Origin: Octopus bimaculoides
Taxonomy: Eukaryota
Assembly (NCBI RefSeq): GCF_001194135.2
Contig: NC_068983.1
Span: forward strand, 59,170,818-59,209,947
Length of the DNA stretch: 39,130 nucleotides
Direction: 5' to 3'
Shown: positions 1 through 13,072 of the stretch, piece by piece
How positions within the stretch are numbered: the first letter of the stretch is position 1
Layout: each line of letters begins with the position of its first letter
Program-made: the position numbers and the translations under genes
The notes under the pieces: generated by a model
Database searches by the model: none
Seen by the model: only the letters and a program-made list of their open reading frames with translations
Told to the model about the DNA's origin: nothing

Positions 1-19
1 ATGATGATGATGATGATAA

Positions 20-398
20 TAATGCCTGGAAGCAGTACCAGGCAGTGTCTCTCATGGCTTCTGATCTTAATTGATTGGAAGTGTTATCATGTACATTGTT
101 TTGTCTTTGTATAAGAGATGGGCTACAGCAAATATTCTGCTCAATACCACAGATGTGCTCGTCAGTTGTTTGACCTTAACCAGTTGAGTATGTCCCTTAG
201 TGGCTGACGATATGTGCATCTCTGATCATGAGCAGAAGTAGTGGGGGAGTATCATAGACATGTGTTGAGAGGAATTCTTTGGGGTTTGAATAATTCACCT
301 TTGGAAACATGGGTGTTTTGTTCAACATCCTTAAACAAACCTTATCCAGGGACCTTTTGAGTGGGGTGGGATACTCAACCTGAAGAAAATTCTAACTA
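20..398. repeat. Probable interspersed repeat of unknown class
   Basis: GC-balanced block between an (ATG)n run and an RTE 3' end. It resembles a dispersed Octopus repeat I recall, but there is no second copy in this window. Confidence 0.3.
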
Positions 399-450
399 GT
401 AAGCATGTGCCTGGTGTGCCTTTATCAGACAGGTAGTCATGATGGGTATG

Positions 451-800
451 AAGCATGGTCTTCAAATATTGGGCTTCACAGAAGCAATGACAAGTGACCA
501 AGACCCACCTTTGGCAATATGTTGTGCTTGAGAAAACCCATCAAGCCAAGTGAAATTGTAGTCATGGCTGATGCCAATGTCATGTAATTGGCACCTGTGC
601 CAGTGGCATGTAAAAAGCAGCCATTACACTCTTGGAGTGGTTGACGTTAGGAAGGGCATCCAGCTATAGAAACCATACCAAATTAGATAGGAATCTGGTG
701 TAGCCCTATAGCTTACCAATTTCAGTCAAACTGTCCAACCCATGACAGCATGAAAATCAGATGCTAAATGATGATGATGATAATGATGATAATGATCATG
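451..800 (+). mobile_element. RTE-type LINE 3' end: ORF2 C-terminus, 3' UTR and (GAT)n tail
   Basis: Translates KHGLQILGFTEAMTSDQD / LWQYVVLEKTHQAK* with one frameshift. It is followed by the UTR shared with other copies (ttaggaagggcatccagct...gtccaacccatg) and (ATG)n. Confidence 0.8.
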
Positions 801-845
801 ATATATAAGTGTATATAGGTGGGTATATGTGCACATTTTTACAAT

Positions 846-949
<104 letters not shown>

Positions 950-1084
950 TGAGGTAAGTATATACCTTCTCTACTGAATGACACTGGTTTCTGTTCCTCT
1001 GTTCATATCCTAGCTTCTCACCACCTGGCACAATGCTACTCCCCACTCAGTTGAAAGGTCTTATCTTGTAAGTCATTTGATGCC

Positions 1085-1275
1085 AAATGAAAAAAGCCCT
1101 CTGTTCATTCTGTAAAGTGATTGACATTAGGAAAGGATCCAGCCACAAAAACCATGCCAAAGCAGACAGTAGAGTCTGATGCAGCCCTCTGACTTGCCAG
1201 CTCCAGTCAAACTGTCCAACCCATACCAGCAAGGAAGGAGGACATTAAATAGTGATAAAACGACGATGATGACAT
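1085..1275 (+). mobile_element. RTE-type 3' UTR fragment with (GAT)n tail
   Basis: attaggaaaggatccagcc...gtcaaactgtccaacccatacc...gacattaaa...gatgatgac matches 640-800 and 22630-22820. Confidence 0.7.
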
Positions 1276-1279
1276 CACA

Positions 1280-1565
1280 TGACAGTTGTAAAACGAGCAT
1301 CACTGTCATACAAGCAGTGCCATTCATTCCAACCTTCCATGAGAACATGTCTGGCCATGGGTAAATATTACTTTGTTTGGAAGCAGGTGAGAGTTAGTGA
1401 CAGGAAGATTATCCAGTTATATAAAATCTGCCTCATCAAATTCTGTGTGACCCATGCAATTAAGGAAAAATGGATGTTAAAATGACAATGATGATGATGA
1501 TGATGACAATGATGATGATGATGATGACAATGAACAGGATGATGATGATGACGACCATGATGATG
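1280..1565 (+). mobile_element. Variant RTE-type 3' tail ending in (GAT/GAC)n
   Basis: gacaggaag...aaaatctgcctca...gacccatgca...gttaaaatgac(aatgat)n; a related antisense copy lies at 20265-20440. Confidence 0.6.
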
Positions 1566-1914
1566 CTTATTCTTTTAATTCAGGTTCTTTGTCTCCAAGA
1601 TTGTGCTTAACACTAAAGAATCTGAACTGAAATGGTCATTATTTTTTATGGCAAAAATACACTTGTAGAAGAATAATTAAAGAAATCAAAATATAAACAA
1701 TATTAATTAGTTTTTAAAGACAGAAATTTATAAAAACAGAGACAAAGAATTACTTGGAAAAACTTTGTTATGATTCATATCTGAATAAACATCAACTGCA
1801 AGGTGATAAACTTTCAGCTTTGGTAAGGCATTGCATTCTTTAGTCTGCTATTTAGTTACAGACGATATCCAGTCTGATTGTCATTAAACAAACTTTGATG
1901 TTTATCAAAGATTT

Positions 1915-2190
1915 CAAGGAAAGAAAGGAAAGGAAGAGAGAGAGAGAGGAGTAGAAGGAAAGAAAGGAGAGAGAAAGAAAGAAACAAGATTGGACAGAGA
2001 GGAAGGAAATGGATGAATGGGAATGAAAAAGAAATAGAAAGGAAGAAACAAAGCAAGCAAGCAAGGGAAAAGGGATGAAAGAAAGAAAGGAACAAAGAAA
2101 GGAAAGAAGTAAGAAAAAGGAAGGAAGGAAGAAAGAAAAAGAAAAAACGACCAAATAAAGGAAGACAAAATAAAAAGAAGGGAAAATTAT
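1915..2190. repeat. Purine-rich low-complexity tract (GAAA/GGAA)n
   Basis: Almost only A and G; accounts for the F/L/S-rich minus-strand ORFs at 1852-2332. Confidence 0.9.
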
Positions 2191-2450
2191 AGTCATTTAA
2201 AGAGAAAGAAATTCCTTGCCTGGTTTCCAAGACTGAAATGTGTTGCCAGCAATGACAAAATGGTTTTACAATATTAAAAGCTAACAATAAAATTTCCACT
2301 GAATATTTGATAATTCTGACATAATCCACCAAATGTTATAGATCATTGAAAGATTAAAACTGTGCAAGACATTTTCTCATTTCTTTAAAATTAATGTTTC
2401 TTTTCTTTTGAAAGAGTAAAAATCTAGTTTAATAAAATTAATAGTGATCA

Positions 2451-2668
2451 TGCTGGCTGTGTGGTAAGAAGCTTGCTTCTTAGGCACATGGTTCTGAGTT
2501 CAATCCCAGCTTCCATTATCACCTGGGGCCAACTAAAGCCTTGTCAATGGATTTGGGAGATGGAAACTGAAAGAAGCCCATCATGTGTGTGTGTCTGTGT
2601 GTCTTTATGACTGTGTTTGTCATCTACCACTGCTTGACAACTGGTGTTGGTGTGTTTATGTCCCCATA
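2451..2668 (+). mobile_element. tRNA-headed SINE, local family A
   Basis: ggctgtgtggtaagaagcttgc head, gagttcaatccc B-box, ggaaactgaaagaagccc body, (TG)n, cttgacaactggtgttgg; more than 10 related copies in the window. Confidence 0.85.
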
Positions 2669-2689
2669 AACAATGCATTTTACTCTTTC

Positions 2690-2792
2690 AGGATCAATGA
2701 AATGAGTACCAGTTGAGTATTAGGGTCAATGTAATAGTCTTACTCCCTTCTTCGAACTAACTGGCCTCGTGCCAAAATTTGAAACCAATATT
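2690..2792 (+). mobile_element. 3' part of SINE family C
   Basis: agtaccagttgagt...ggcctcgtgccaaaatttgaaacc matches the reverse complement of the tails at 18960-19060 and 21700-21800. Confidence 0.65.
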
Positions 2793-2811
2793 ACTAGCAA
2801 AATCTAACTCA

Positions 2812-3130
2812 CTATGGCACTGGCACTCCATCGGTTATAACGATGAGGGTTCCAGTTGATCCAATCAACAGAACAGCTTGCTCGTGAAATTAACGTGCAA
2901 GTGGCTGAACACTCCACAGACATGTGTGTCCTTAACGTAGTTCTGAAGGAGATTCAGCATGACATGGAGTGTAACAAGGCTGGTCCTTTGAAACACAGGT
3001 ATAACTCATTTTTGCCAGCTGAGTGGACTGGAGCAATGTGAAATAAAGTGTCTTGCTCAAGGATACAATGAGAATCGAACTCATGACCTTATAATCATAA
3101 GTGAATACCTCCAACCACTAAGCCATGTGC
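2812..3130 (-). mobile_element. tRNA-headed SINE, head B with tail T1
   Basis: Minus strand gcacatggcttagtggtt (A-box), gagttcgattc (B-box), ccttgagcaagacactttatttcacattgctccagtccactcagctgg core. Related copies at 13215-13540 and 33015-33391. Confidence 0.85.
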
Positions 3131-3300
3131 ATATATAAGAAGAATGAGTTATTAATGAACTGCAAGCATAAAATATTAAGAACTTTTAAAAATTATTGGA
3201 GGAGACTCAAACAAATTTTAATTTATGTGAGATGCTATATATGTATATTTGAGCGAATGGTTTTGAGTATAATTTTATGTGTATGAATTTATGTCATATA

Positions 3301-4185
3301 TCTGGTCATCCCATAAGTTCTGTCCGAATTTTGAATAAAGAAAACAAGTGATCAAATGTTATATTTAATTGAAATTTAATCATCAATATACTTTCCCTGA
3401 TTATCTATGACTTCCTTCCATCTATTTACAAGCTTTTTAATCCCATCAATGTAAAACTCTTTTGGTTTCAAAGCGAAGAACTCTGAAATATCAGTTTCAA
3501 CCTCCTCCTGGCTTGCAAAAGTTATGTCCCCCAAATGATTCTGTAAACTATGGAACAAATGGTAGTCTGAAGGAGCAAGGTCGGGAGAATAAGGTTGATG
3601 AGGAATTTTTTCCCAACCAAGCTCTTCGTGAAATTTGTGAAATTTGCAGTGTGGGNNNNNNNNNNTTGCGCATTGTCTTGACAAAACATCACTCCTTTTC
3701 GATTCCCTAAAGTGGGACTTTTTTTTCTTCAAAGCTTGGTTCAAACGCTCTAATTGCTGACAGTAGACTTGAGCATTGATTGTTGCATTAGATGGTAATA
3801 ATTCAAAGTGAATTACTCCTTTGCAATCCCACAAGTTCCCTTCTCTCCCTTCTCAGTTGTGGTTGAGCTTCTCCCTTTTACCAAGCCACTGTTTACGACA
3901 TTTACCATTTCAACAGAAGATCCATTTCTCATCACTAGTCACAAGTCTATCCAAAAACGGTGAAATGAGTTCATGGATATGGAGAGAAAAGCAGATGATT
4001 TGCGGTTGCTTTTGGACAATCCATGAGGCACCCATTTTCCAAGTTTAGGATCTTTTCCAAGTTTAGGAACCTTTCCAAGTTTAGGAACCTTTCCAAGTTT
4101 AGGAACCTTTCCAAGTTATTGAAGATGACGCTGAACAGTTGTATGGTTTGAAGTAAGCTTTATTGCAAATTCTTCAACTAATAAT
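3301..4185 (-). mobile_element. Mariner (Tc1/mariner, mariner-type DDD) transposase relic with one terminal inverted repeat
   Basis: Minus-strand motifs in order: VEEFAIKLTSNHTTVQRHL (HTH), KLGKWVPHG (WVPHEL-like), LVTSDEKW, WDCKGVIHFELLP, QDNA..PH, YSPDLAPSDYHLF, GKYIDD* at 3376. TA at 3299-3300 precedes a mariner-like end (tctggtcatcccataagttctgtccgaatttt). Frameshifts and stops are present; the N-terminus and second TIR are missing. Confidence 0.93.
4035..4117. repeat. 18-bp tandem repeat (4.6 copies) inside the mariner ORF
   Basis: Unit (c/t)tttccaagtttagga(a/t)c at 4035, 4053, 4071, 4089 and a partial copy at 4107. Confidence 0.97.
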
Positions 4186-4314
4186 GCATGAAATAAAAAT
4201 TAGATTCTTTATCAGGAGTTACATACTGGTATGAATAATTATGACCAACAAAAATATACAACGACCTTTCATAGCCCAGACAAGAATAAATAATAATCTT
4301 TTATNNNNNNNNNN

Positions 4315-4505
4315 GTCCCCCCAACATCGCTTGACAACTGATGTTGGTGTGTTTATATTCCTGTAACTTAGCAGTTCAGCAAAAGTGACCAATAGAATAA
4401 GTACTAGGCTTACAAAGAATAAATCCGGAGGTCGATTTGTTTGACTAAAGGCAGTGCTCCAGCATGGCCGAAGTCAAATGGCTGAAACAAATAAAAGAAT
4501 AAAAG
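4315..4505 (+). mobile_element. SINE family A, 3' half (5' part lost at the N gap)
   Basis: ccccaacatcgcttgacaac...gtgctccagcatggccg..gtcaaatggctgaaacaaataaaag matches 17140-17290. Confidence 0.85.
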
Positions 4506-4509
4506 AAAA

Positions 4510-4730
4510 GCACCCGTGCTGGTGCCACATAAAAAGTACTGGTGTTGGTACCACTTGAAAAGCACCCAGTACATTCGGTAAAGTGACTGGCATTAGGAAG
4601 GGCATCTGGCCATAGAACCCATACAAAAACAGACAGCTGTAGCCAGGAGCAGCTCTCTCACCTGCCAGCTCTAGTCAAACCATCCGACTCATGCAAGCAT
4701 GGAAAATGGACATTAAAGGATGATGATAAT
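4510..4730 (+). mobile_element. RTE-type 3' UTR fragment
   Basis: cacccgtgctggtgccac...attaggaagggcatc...catgcaagcatggaaaatggacattaaaggatgatgat. Confidence 0.7.
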
Positions 4731-5609
4731 TTTACTGACCCCAAAAGGATGAAATGTGATGGCGAAGACAAATTATAATAATTAAATACCACAAAACATC
4801 TTCTAACAATTCTGCTAATCTCAAGGTTCTTCATTTTCCAATATTCGAAATCTTTTCACAGAATAATTTAGTGAAACTGACAAATAACCCTGTGATAACA
4901 ACCTTTGACACCTAACAATGACATGACATTTAGTTCAAAGGGTATATGTATGTATGTACACACGGGTATGCATTCCTCGATGTGGTCATTCAATATGCTG
5001 AAAATAGTAGTCAAATTTTTCTCATGTCATACAACAGGCTGTCTTCAAAAACCAAACCAACCAATAAAAAAGACACAGTGGATAATGTAGTCTTAGATAC
5101 ATTATGAATGAAGTAAAAAGAAGAGATAACCAAAGCTGGAATAACTTAGATTTCAGATCTACATGATCAGGATCAACTTGAGGTTAAACCACAGCAAAAC
5201 AATAAACTGATAACCCCATTTTCATTAACATACATACACTATAAAAACAAAGAAAGCAAGAAAGAGATAACATATGTTAGAACAAAACACACACACACAT
5301 ACACATACAAATACATAAGAAGTATATGAAATAATGTGTATATACACACACAATTGTAGAATGCAAATACTTTACATAAAAACACACACACACACATACA
5401 TACATTTAATTTGTATTTATTCATCTTCCGTTATTATTCTATCAGAGATGTGCTGACACCACCTCAAAATCCAATAGTTTGACAAGAAAACAATCACAAA
5501 TGTCAAGAATGTCCTGATATTTCCTAAGATTAATAAATGCCTACAGTTACTTTATTTTATTCCTTTATATTATATGTTTACATATATGTATGTATGTGTG
5601 TGTGTGAGA

Positions 5610-5652
<43 letters not shown>

Positions 5653-6053
5653 NNNNNNNNNNNNNNNNNNNNNNNNNNNNNNNNNNNNNNNNNNNNNNNN
5701 NNNNNNNNNNNNNNNNNNNNNNNNNNNNNNNNNNNNNNNNNNNNNNNNNNNNNNNNNNNNNNNNNNNNNNNNNNNNNNNNNNNNNNNNNNNNNNNNNNNN
5801 NNNNNNNNNNNNNNNNNNNNNNNNNNNNNNNNNNNNNNNNNNNNNNNNNNNNNNNNNNNNNNNNNNNNNNNNNNNNNNNNNNNNNNNNNNNNNNNNNNNN
5901 NNNNNNNNNNNNNNNNNNNNNNNNNNNNNNNNNNNNNNNNNNNNNNNNNNNNNNNNNNNNNNNNNNNNNNNNNNNNNNNNNNNNNNNNNNNNNNNNNNNN
6001 NNNNNNNNNNNNNNNNNNNNNNNNNNNNNNNNNNNNNNNNNNNNNNNNNNNNN

Positions 6054-6112
<59 letters not shown>

Positions 6113-6720
6113 GACACATATATATATACATATATATACACACACATACACACACACATAGAAACACGCATACCCACATACATAGAAACATGCTTATATA
6201 TACACACATACACACAAACTTAGATATGATGACAATTGATAAATTCATCCAATATTGTTAAGTCAATGACATTGACTGTTATCTCAACAGATTGAGCGAA
6301 AAATACTTAAAACCACTAGAATTTGAGTATATCAAAAATTTCATTTATTATTTCTTAGTGAGAAACCTTTAATCAAAATACCTGCCATTCCACCTCGACC
6401 ATCCCCCTTGAAGGAAAGGGAAGGGAAAGCAACAACCACAATTAACAACACTAATAACCATAAGTGAATTGTTGTTGTCTGTATTTGAGCTTCTGTAATT
6501 CAGGAATCGTAAATCATGAAGATGAGTGTATGGTTAGTTTTAATGTGTAATTGAACATATGACTGGAAGTGTTTTACTGGCTTCAGTACTTAGACTGTGG
6601 CAAAGCTGGGGCAATGATTTCAAGGGTTTTAATCAATTACATCAAAATCAACCGTTGTTGGTATTTAGTCTGGTATTTCTTTTCTTGAGTTACGTCACGT
6701 TAAGGATGTATATGATTATA

Positions 6721-7030
6721 GGTGCTGGCATGGCTGTGTGGTAAGAAGCTTGCTTCCCAACTGCATGGTTCCAGGCTCGGTCTGATTGCAAGTCAACTTG
6801 GACGAGTGTTTTTTACTATGGCCTTGGGCTAACCAAAACCTTGTGAGTGGATTTGGTAGACAGAAACTGAAAGAATCCATTGGCTGTGTGGTAAGACGCT
6901 TGCTTACCAACCACATGGTTCCAGTTCAGTTCCACTGCATGGCACCTTGAGCAACTGCCTTCTACTATAGCTTTGAGCCGACCAAAGCCTTGTGAGTGGA
7001 TTTGGTGGACGGAAATTGAAAGTCGCCTGT

Positions 7031-7061
<31 letters not shown>
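6721..7061 (+). mobile_element. Two head-to-tail SINE family A copies (6721-6880, 6881-7061)
   Basis: The head ggctgtgtggtaag occurs at about 6733 and 6882. Each is followed by the gccttg...gtgagtggatttggt..ac.gaaa.tgaaag body; the second ends in (TG)(TA)n. Confidence 0.9.
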
Positions 7062-7386
7062 NNNNNNNNNNNNNNNNNNNNNNNNNNNNNNNNNNNNNNN
7101 NNNNNNNNNNNNNNNNNNNNNNNNNNNNNNNNNNNNNNNNNNNNNNNNNNNNNNNNNNNNNNNNNNNNNNNNNNNNNNNNNNNNNNNNNNNNNNNNNNNN
7201 NNNNNNNNNNNNNNNNNNNNNNNNNNNNNNNNNNNNNNNNNNNNNNNNNNNNNNNNNNNNNNNNNNNNNNNNNNNNNNNNNNNNNNNNNNNNNNNNNNNN
7301 NNNNNNNNNNNNNNNNNNNNNNNNNNNNNNNNNNNNNNNNNNNNNNNNNNNNNNNNNNNNNNNNNNNNNNNNNNNNNNNNNNNNNN

Positions 7387-7600
7387 GCTTTCCATGCTAA
7401 CATGGGTTGGACGATTTGACTGAGTACTGGTGAAACAGATGGCTGCACCAGGCTCCAATCTGATCTGGCAGAGTTTCTAAAGCTGGATGCCCTTCCTAAC
7501 GCCAACCACTCCGAGAGTGTAGTGGGTGCTTCTACGTGCCACCGGCACGAGGGCCAGTCACACAGTACTGGCAACAGCCATGCTCAAAATGGTGTTTTTT
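7387..7600 (-). mobile_element. RTE-type 3' UTR, well-preserved antisense copy
   Basis: Reverse complement closely matches 22540-22750. Confidence 0.85.
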
Positions 7601-7614
7601 ACATGCCACACATA

Positions 7615-7800
7615 CATATATGACTATGTGGTTAAGAAGTTCACTTCCTAGTAATGTGTTTTCAGGTTCAGTCTCAGTCACTCCATGTGTGACATTAGGC
7701 AAATGTTTTCAACTGTAGCCTCATATCAACCAAAACCTTGTGATTTGACAAACAGAAATTGAAAGAAGCTCATTGTATATGCATGTGTCTGTGTGTCTGC
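7615..7800 (+). mobile_element. Degenerate SINE family A
   Basis: atgtggttaagaag...caggttcagtctc...caaaaccttgtgatttg..acagaaattgaaagaagc(tg)n. Confidence 0.6.
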
Positions 7801-7874
7801 ACTGGCTGGAACATGTATGTTTTAGATGTTTTAAAATCAATCCTCATCTGTAAAGGGTTATAGGTTCATATCTT

Positions 7875-8180
7875 ATCTCAGAAATTTCTATTCAGAAACT
7901 AGGATGTGTCTTGCTACTTGATTTGGGAACACCATCTTGGGCATTTTGGCCATGTTGCTCTATTTTCTGAGATAGACCCAGTTTATTGGGAATCTGGAGA
8001 GGGTTGGCAACTTGTGTTGGTCGACTACATGCCACATGGTCACAGCAGATGAGGAGGCATCTTCCGGAGATGAGGACTGACTTGGTCCCTGCTCAACAAG
8101 TCACTCAAGATGACCTGGAAATATACCACTAAATGGTGAATGCAACATGTTGCAATAGCACATGCCCCCACAATTGACCC
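7875..8180 (+). mobile_element. Degenerate RTE-clade LINE C-terminus, second lineage
   Basis: HFGHVALFSEIDPVYW and WRGLATCVGRLHATWSQQM resemble the RTE C-terminal pattern FGHVAR..E.DPA...WRRPRGRP..TW. Multiple frameshifts. Confidence 0.5.
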
Positions 8181-8568
8181 AACCTTAAATCCATTATTCA
8201 TCCCATCCTGATCTACAGAAAATAATACTATTTCCAAAATTGAAAAACGGTAGATGTCTCTTGAGAACATTAAATTGCCTGGTTACAGATGTTGTTGCTG
8301 TTTAGTTTCATATCTTTCTCTAATCAAGCAAGATTACAATTAAGCCTGCTCCAACCATGACCACCCTGTTGTTTTCTAGAACATTGTGAATTTAGGATTA
8401 CATTCTTTAAGGTATTCCTCCTACTTTTAAGATGCCCGGGTATGTAATCTGACAAAGATTTAGTTGCTATTTCTTTCTTGTAGATACTTCTTACTTGCTT
8501 CACTTCAAAATATGTAATTGGTAATGTTGTTGTTTCTTTTCTTTTCTTTTGAACATGAATCAGAATAT

Positions 8569-8613
<45 letters not shown>

Positions 8614-9670
8614 NNNNNNNNNNTATATATATATCATCTAATATTGATTTTTTGATTTTTTAACATTTCTAATGTTCTATTGATTTCGACATTTTATAGA
8701 AAGAAATCACAAAATGATTTTAAGATTATTGAAATGAGACCCAAAGCGCTAGTTTAGAAGTAATGTAACGCTGGTTCTGGTAAAACAGTGTATTGATCAT
8801 TGTAATGCAGCAAATTCGAAAATTGGGCTTTTTTAAAAAAAAATTTTCGTTCCTTTTTATTTTTATCAGCAAAATAAATTACATGTCTTGTTTTATCCCA
8901 GATCATTTCTGATTCCACACACCTATGACGAAAAGCATTTGAAGAACAACCACTATCCTATCTTTTTATTCAAACACAATATATCTAAGACTATTTCATC
9001 CAGCAAGCTCTTAGCAGTTCTTTTGAGACAGTTGCATTTCATATGAAGGAAATTTTGCTGTTATTTTTACCAGGTCAAACACCCACATAGATGCATTCTT
9101 ATTAATGCATGTTAAAGATACATGCAAAAAAACCCCACTATGTTTATACATATAATATTACATAACAGACACGGTAAAGAAGAGCACATAAGTAATACAA
9201 GAAAATATGTATGTTCATTTTAAAACAGTTTTAAGCATTAAAAAAGAAATTGAAAACTTTTACAAAATGGATAAAAGTATTTAAAGAAAATCTAAATCCA
9301 TGCTACATAATCAAAGAATGGACAGAAACAAATAAGGAAAACAGAAAAAAAGATGTAGTTGAGAAATATAAAATACCAGAAGTTGCTGCTTCAGAAGGAA
9401 AATACTATGCTGAATCAGCTGTGACAATGAATTTTTTATTTTTTTTCATTATGTTTTATGTCTTCTGTCATATGATATTTTAATGTGGATATATATATGT
9501 ATATGCATCATGAAATTCACTCTTCTTATTTCTTTCACAGTTAGAAATCAAAACAATTTCAATGGTGATCATCATCTATTGAAGAACTAAATAAAAAATT
9601 AAAAAAGATAAAACTATAAAAGTTTCAGCCAGTTTTCCTTTTATATAATAATCAAAACATATTAAAATGC

Positions 9671-9701
<31 letters not shown>

Positions 9702-9844
9702 TATAAAGTGAAAGTTTTTTTGTGAAATTTTCTGAGAATTTTCTGGTGAATTACACACATATATAACAGATTCCAAATTCATATATTCTTTGCGTGCATG
9801 CTTAACATTTAGGTTGTAAGCACATACTTTTTACATCATATTAA

Positions 9845-10077
9845 CTGAGAATGTTTACATACATACATACAAATATATATATATATATATTTATATAAAT
9901 ATCTATGTATGTATGTATTTATGTATGTACGTAAACACACATATACATATGCATATACATATAACATAAATAATATATATATATATGTAGATGCATGTAT
10001 ATATGTTTACATATATATCTGTCTATCTATCTATCTATTCATATATATATACATGTGTGCATATATTTATATAAATA

Positions 10078-10147
<70 letters not shown>

Positions 10148-10370
10148 TAAATACTTATATATATATACATGCATATGTATATATATATAAATACATATAT
10201 ACATACATATATATACGTACATACATAAATATATATATCTATATACACATATATATACATATACACATACAAAGATACATACAAAGATACATACACACAG
10301 ACACACACACACACACACATATATACCTATATTTATACATATAAATACCTATCTATCTATACACATAAAG
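9845..10370. repeat. Compound (TA)n/(TACA)n/(CA)n microsatellite field
   Basis: Low-complexity run; accounts for the YI/IY-rich ORFs at 9909-10320. Confidence 0.95.
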
Positions 10371-11864
10371 TTGTATTACTTGCTTTTCTACATACATGGA
10401 TATATCGAAGACTCACAAAAAGTTTACAGAATGAGAAATTTCCTGATGTTTGATCATTTACTCTATCCTTTTGTTGAAGCCATATCTTTGATATATTTTC
10501 AACTGAAGAAAACAAAATTATGCATTTGTATTATTCCTTGATACAGTGCAAGTATTCTAGCAGTCAACTTGAGTCTGACTTTCTTGAGACTACCATTGGG
10601 AAATTTCTTGTAAAAACGAAAATAAAACACCCCAGGGAGCTAATTCCATATTTTAACTATTCATGTTATCAGCAAAAATTTTTTGTTTGTTGGAGACTTT
10701 TCTTGTCAAGCTTTCTTCATCCAGCTTTTAGATATGTGTGTGTGCGTGTGCTTGTGTGTGTCTCTGTGTGTGTGTGTGGATATATTCATGCTTGTATAAG
10801 CATGTGAAGAGTCTTTGGTTGAATGCCATACATATTTACTTCCTGCAACAAAAAGCAAAACATTGATGTGCATGTGTAGACATATAATGTATATCTAATG
10901 CCTTCCTTCTTGTCAATGGGAGTAGATATGGAATTCATTCAAGCAAAAACCTTTTGTCATAGTAACTATTTCCTAACAACCTACATCCCAATTCATAGTA
11001 TTTTTACATAAAAATTCCTTTGGAAATAAAATATGTTAAAAAAATGTCGAGAAGTTGCATTGTTACTTTCCTTATTGTCAAAAGTTTAGTATGTTCTTCC
11101 CACGTTATTATTTAAAGATATATGTTTTCCCTGTATTTCTGTTCAGTTTAATACAAGTAATTTTACTATCACTTTTTTAAGAATATATTTTAAATAGCTT
11201 TGACATAAAATTCATCCAATATAGAAACTGAATTGAGAAGAAAAAACTTTAAACCTTACACATACAACACATTATAAATAAGCCAATAAGTATATATGTT
11301 TACTCAGCCTGTTCCATGTAACAGCTATGTTATAGCTCATAAATATATTTTATACTAGAGATCACAAGTTTCAGACATAAATCTTATCAGAGTACTATCC
11401 AGTGTATGCTTTTTAAAACAGCAAGCCATGATTTGAGAAATTTGGAAACCAAGCAAAATAGCGGTCTACAAAGGTGACAGTTATATGCTGAAGTTAGAGG
11501 ATTAAAATAAATCACAAACTGATTTGCAATGAAGTAGGTGCAAAATTCAAAGTTTCAGACCTTTGTTGGTCTTCTGTGAGACAAAATACAAAAGCTGATA
11601 CCATGGTCAGTAAAAAACTCTTTTTCCTTACTATGGTATTAGTATCAATTTTCAATATGTTTATGTGAATTGACAGAGATTTGACTGCTGTTTGCAGTTG
11701 TCAAATAACCTTTTAAAGGTTTGAAGAGGATACTACAGACTGAGAGGAAAAGTATCCAACCACACAAAAAATCTCCCTTAACAAAATTTGTCTTAAACAT
11801 ACAAGCATGAAAAGTGAGCATTACAATGATGGTGATGATTATATATATTTACATAAACATATAA

Positions 11865-12164
11865 AAACTTTTGTTTGATGAAAACTGCTAGGATTGTGTG
11901 AAATTTTTGGAATAATTCTCTTCTCTGTCAGGCAGAGTCTGCATCCTTCAGTGCCTTTAAGATATGGCCTAGATCATTCCCACAGCCTCTAGTTGATGCT
12001 ATATAGCTTTGTGTCTTCTTATAATCATCATATATAGCTGGTTAATAATGACATTATACTTTTCCTGGATATTAAGACAAGAAGTGTGATTATTCAGCCT
12101 CTGTTACCTTGATGTATTTTTATATCATTCCATTGATGTTGACTGATGCTACTTATACCAGTGC
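11865..12164 (+). repeat. Left arm of a 300-bp inverted repeat
   Basis: Reverse complement aligns without gaps to 13919-14218, with 23 mismatches in 300 nt by manual count. Confidence 0.95.
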
Positions 12165-13072
12165 GTTTCATTGCTATTAGGTTAAACTGTTGTATATCCA
12201 AATTTGACCAAATGCGTTTTTTTTTTGTTTTTTTTATATTTATTTTTGCTTGCAACAGCTGATTCTTTTGATTAAACTATCATATCTCCATCTACTTCAG
12301 ATGCCAAATATCAAAAATTCTCAAAGTGTAGTACAACAGTTTTGCTATAGAATGATGAAACTATTTTTTTCATTTTCTGAAAAAGCAACATTTTGGACTT
12401 ACAACACTTTTGCATAATAGCAAGCATATGTACTTCCAGTACTAAAATAGTATATAGTGGTAGTATTTTGGTAAGGCACAGCTACTTGTACTTTCTGCTT
12501 TATAAAGTTTGTGTTTTGACATGATGACTGCTCCAGGAAATCCTACAAATCTTTTGTTCATTTATTTCTATATTAATTTGGAATTACAAGAGAGCATTCT
12601 TCTCTTTTCTTCCTTGGTGGTCGTGTAATCATATTACTAACGAAAAATGAGAGTATGCACGATCTATACTGTTCTTATCTTACTTTTGTATCCGCTGGTT
12701 GTATGTCTTAGACTCTCTTATATGGAAAATAACAAAAAAGAAAACGAAAAATAGAACCATATATATGTGTATGTATATATATGTGCCTGTATGTGTGTGC
12801 ATGTATTTAATATATTTATGAACTTAAAGTACCTATGCTAGAAAAGAGAATACTGACAAAACTATATTGATAAAGGATATACATCGAGAAAGGTTATGGA
12901 GATTGTGAAAAAACCTTTAGGCAATACAAATATATTTTCACAAAAACAAATCTTTCTGCTTTAGTTCTCGATTCTAGTTCTAATTACAATACATTTTCAA
13001 GCAAATCAAAAAGTGGAAAAAAAAAACAAAAAAAAAAAGAAAGAAACTGTCTATGTACCTGCATGAGTATAT

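Noticed and set aside
3376-3834. Intact or domesticated transposase (SETMAR-like) gene
   Set aside because: Frameshifts, stops and a missing N-terminus; no SET domain nearby.
4035-4117. CRISPR-like short repeats (also 21283-21389, 35315-35415)
   Set aside because: Units are contiguous or too short, with no unique 25-45-nt spacers and no cas genes, in a eukaryotic context.
5537-7574. Long ORFs of 122-252 aa in the ORF track
   Set aside because: They run through N gaps (X residues) and (TA)n; artefacts.
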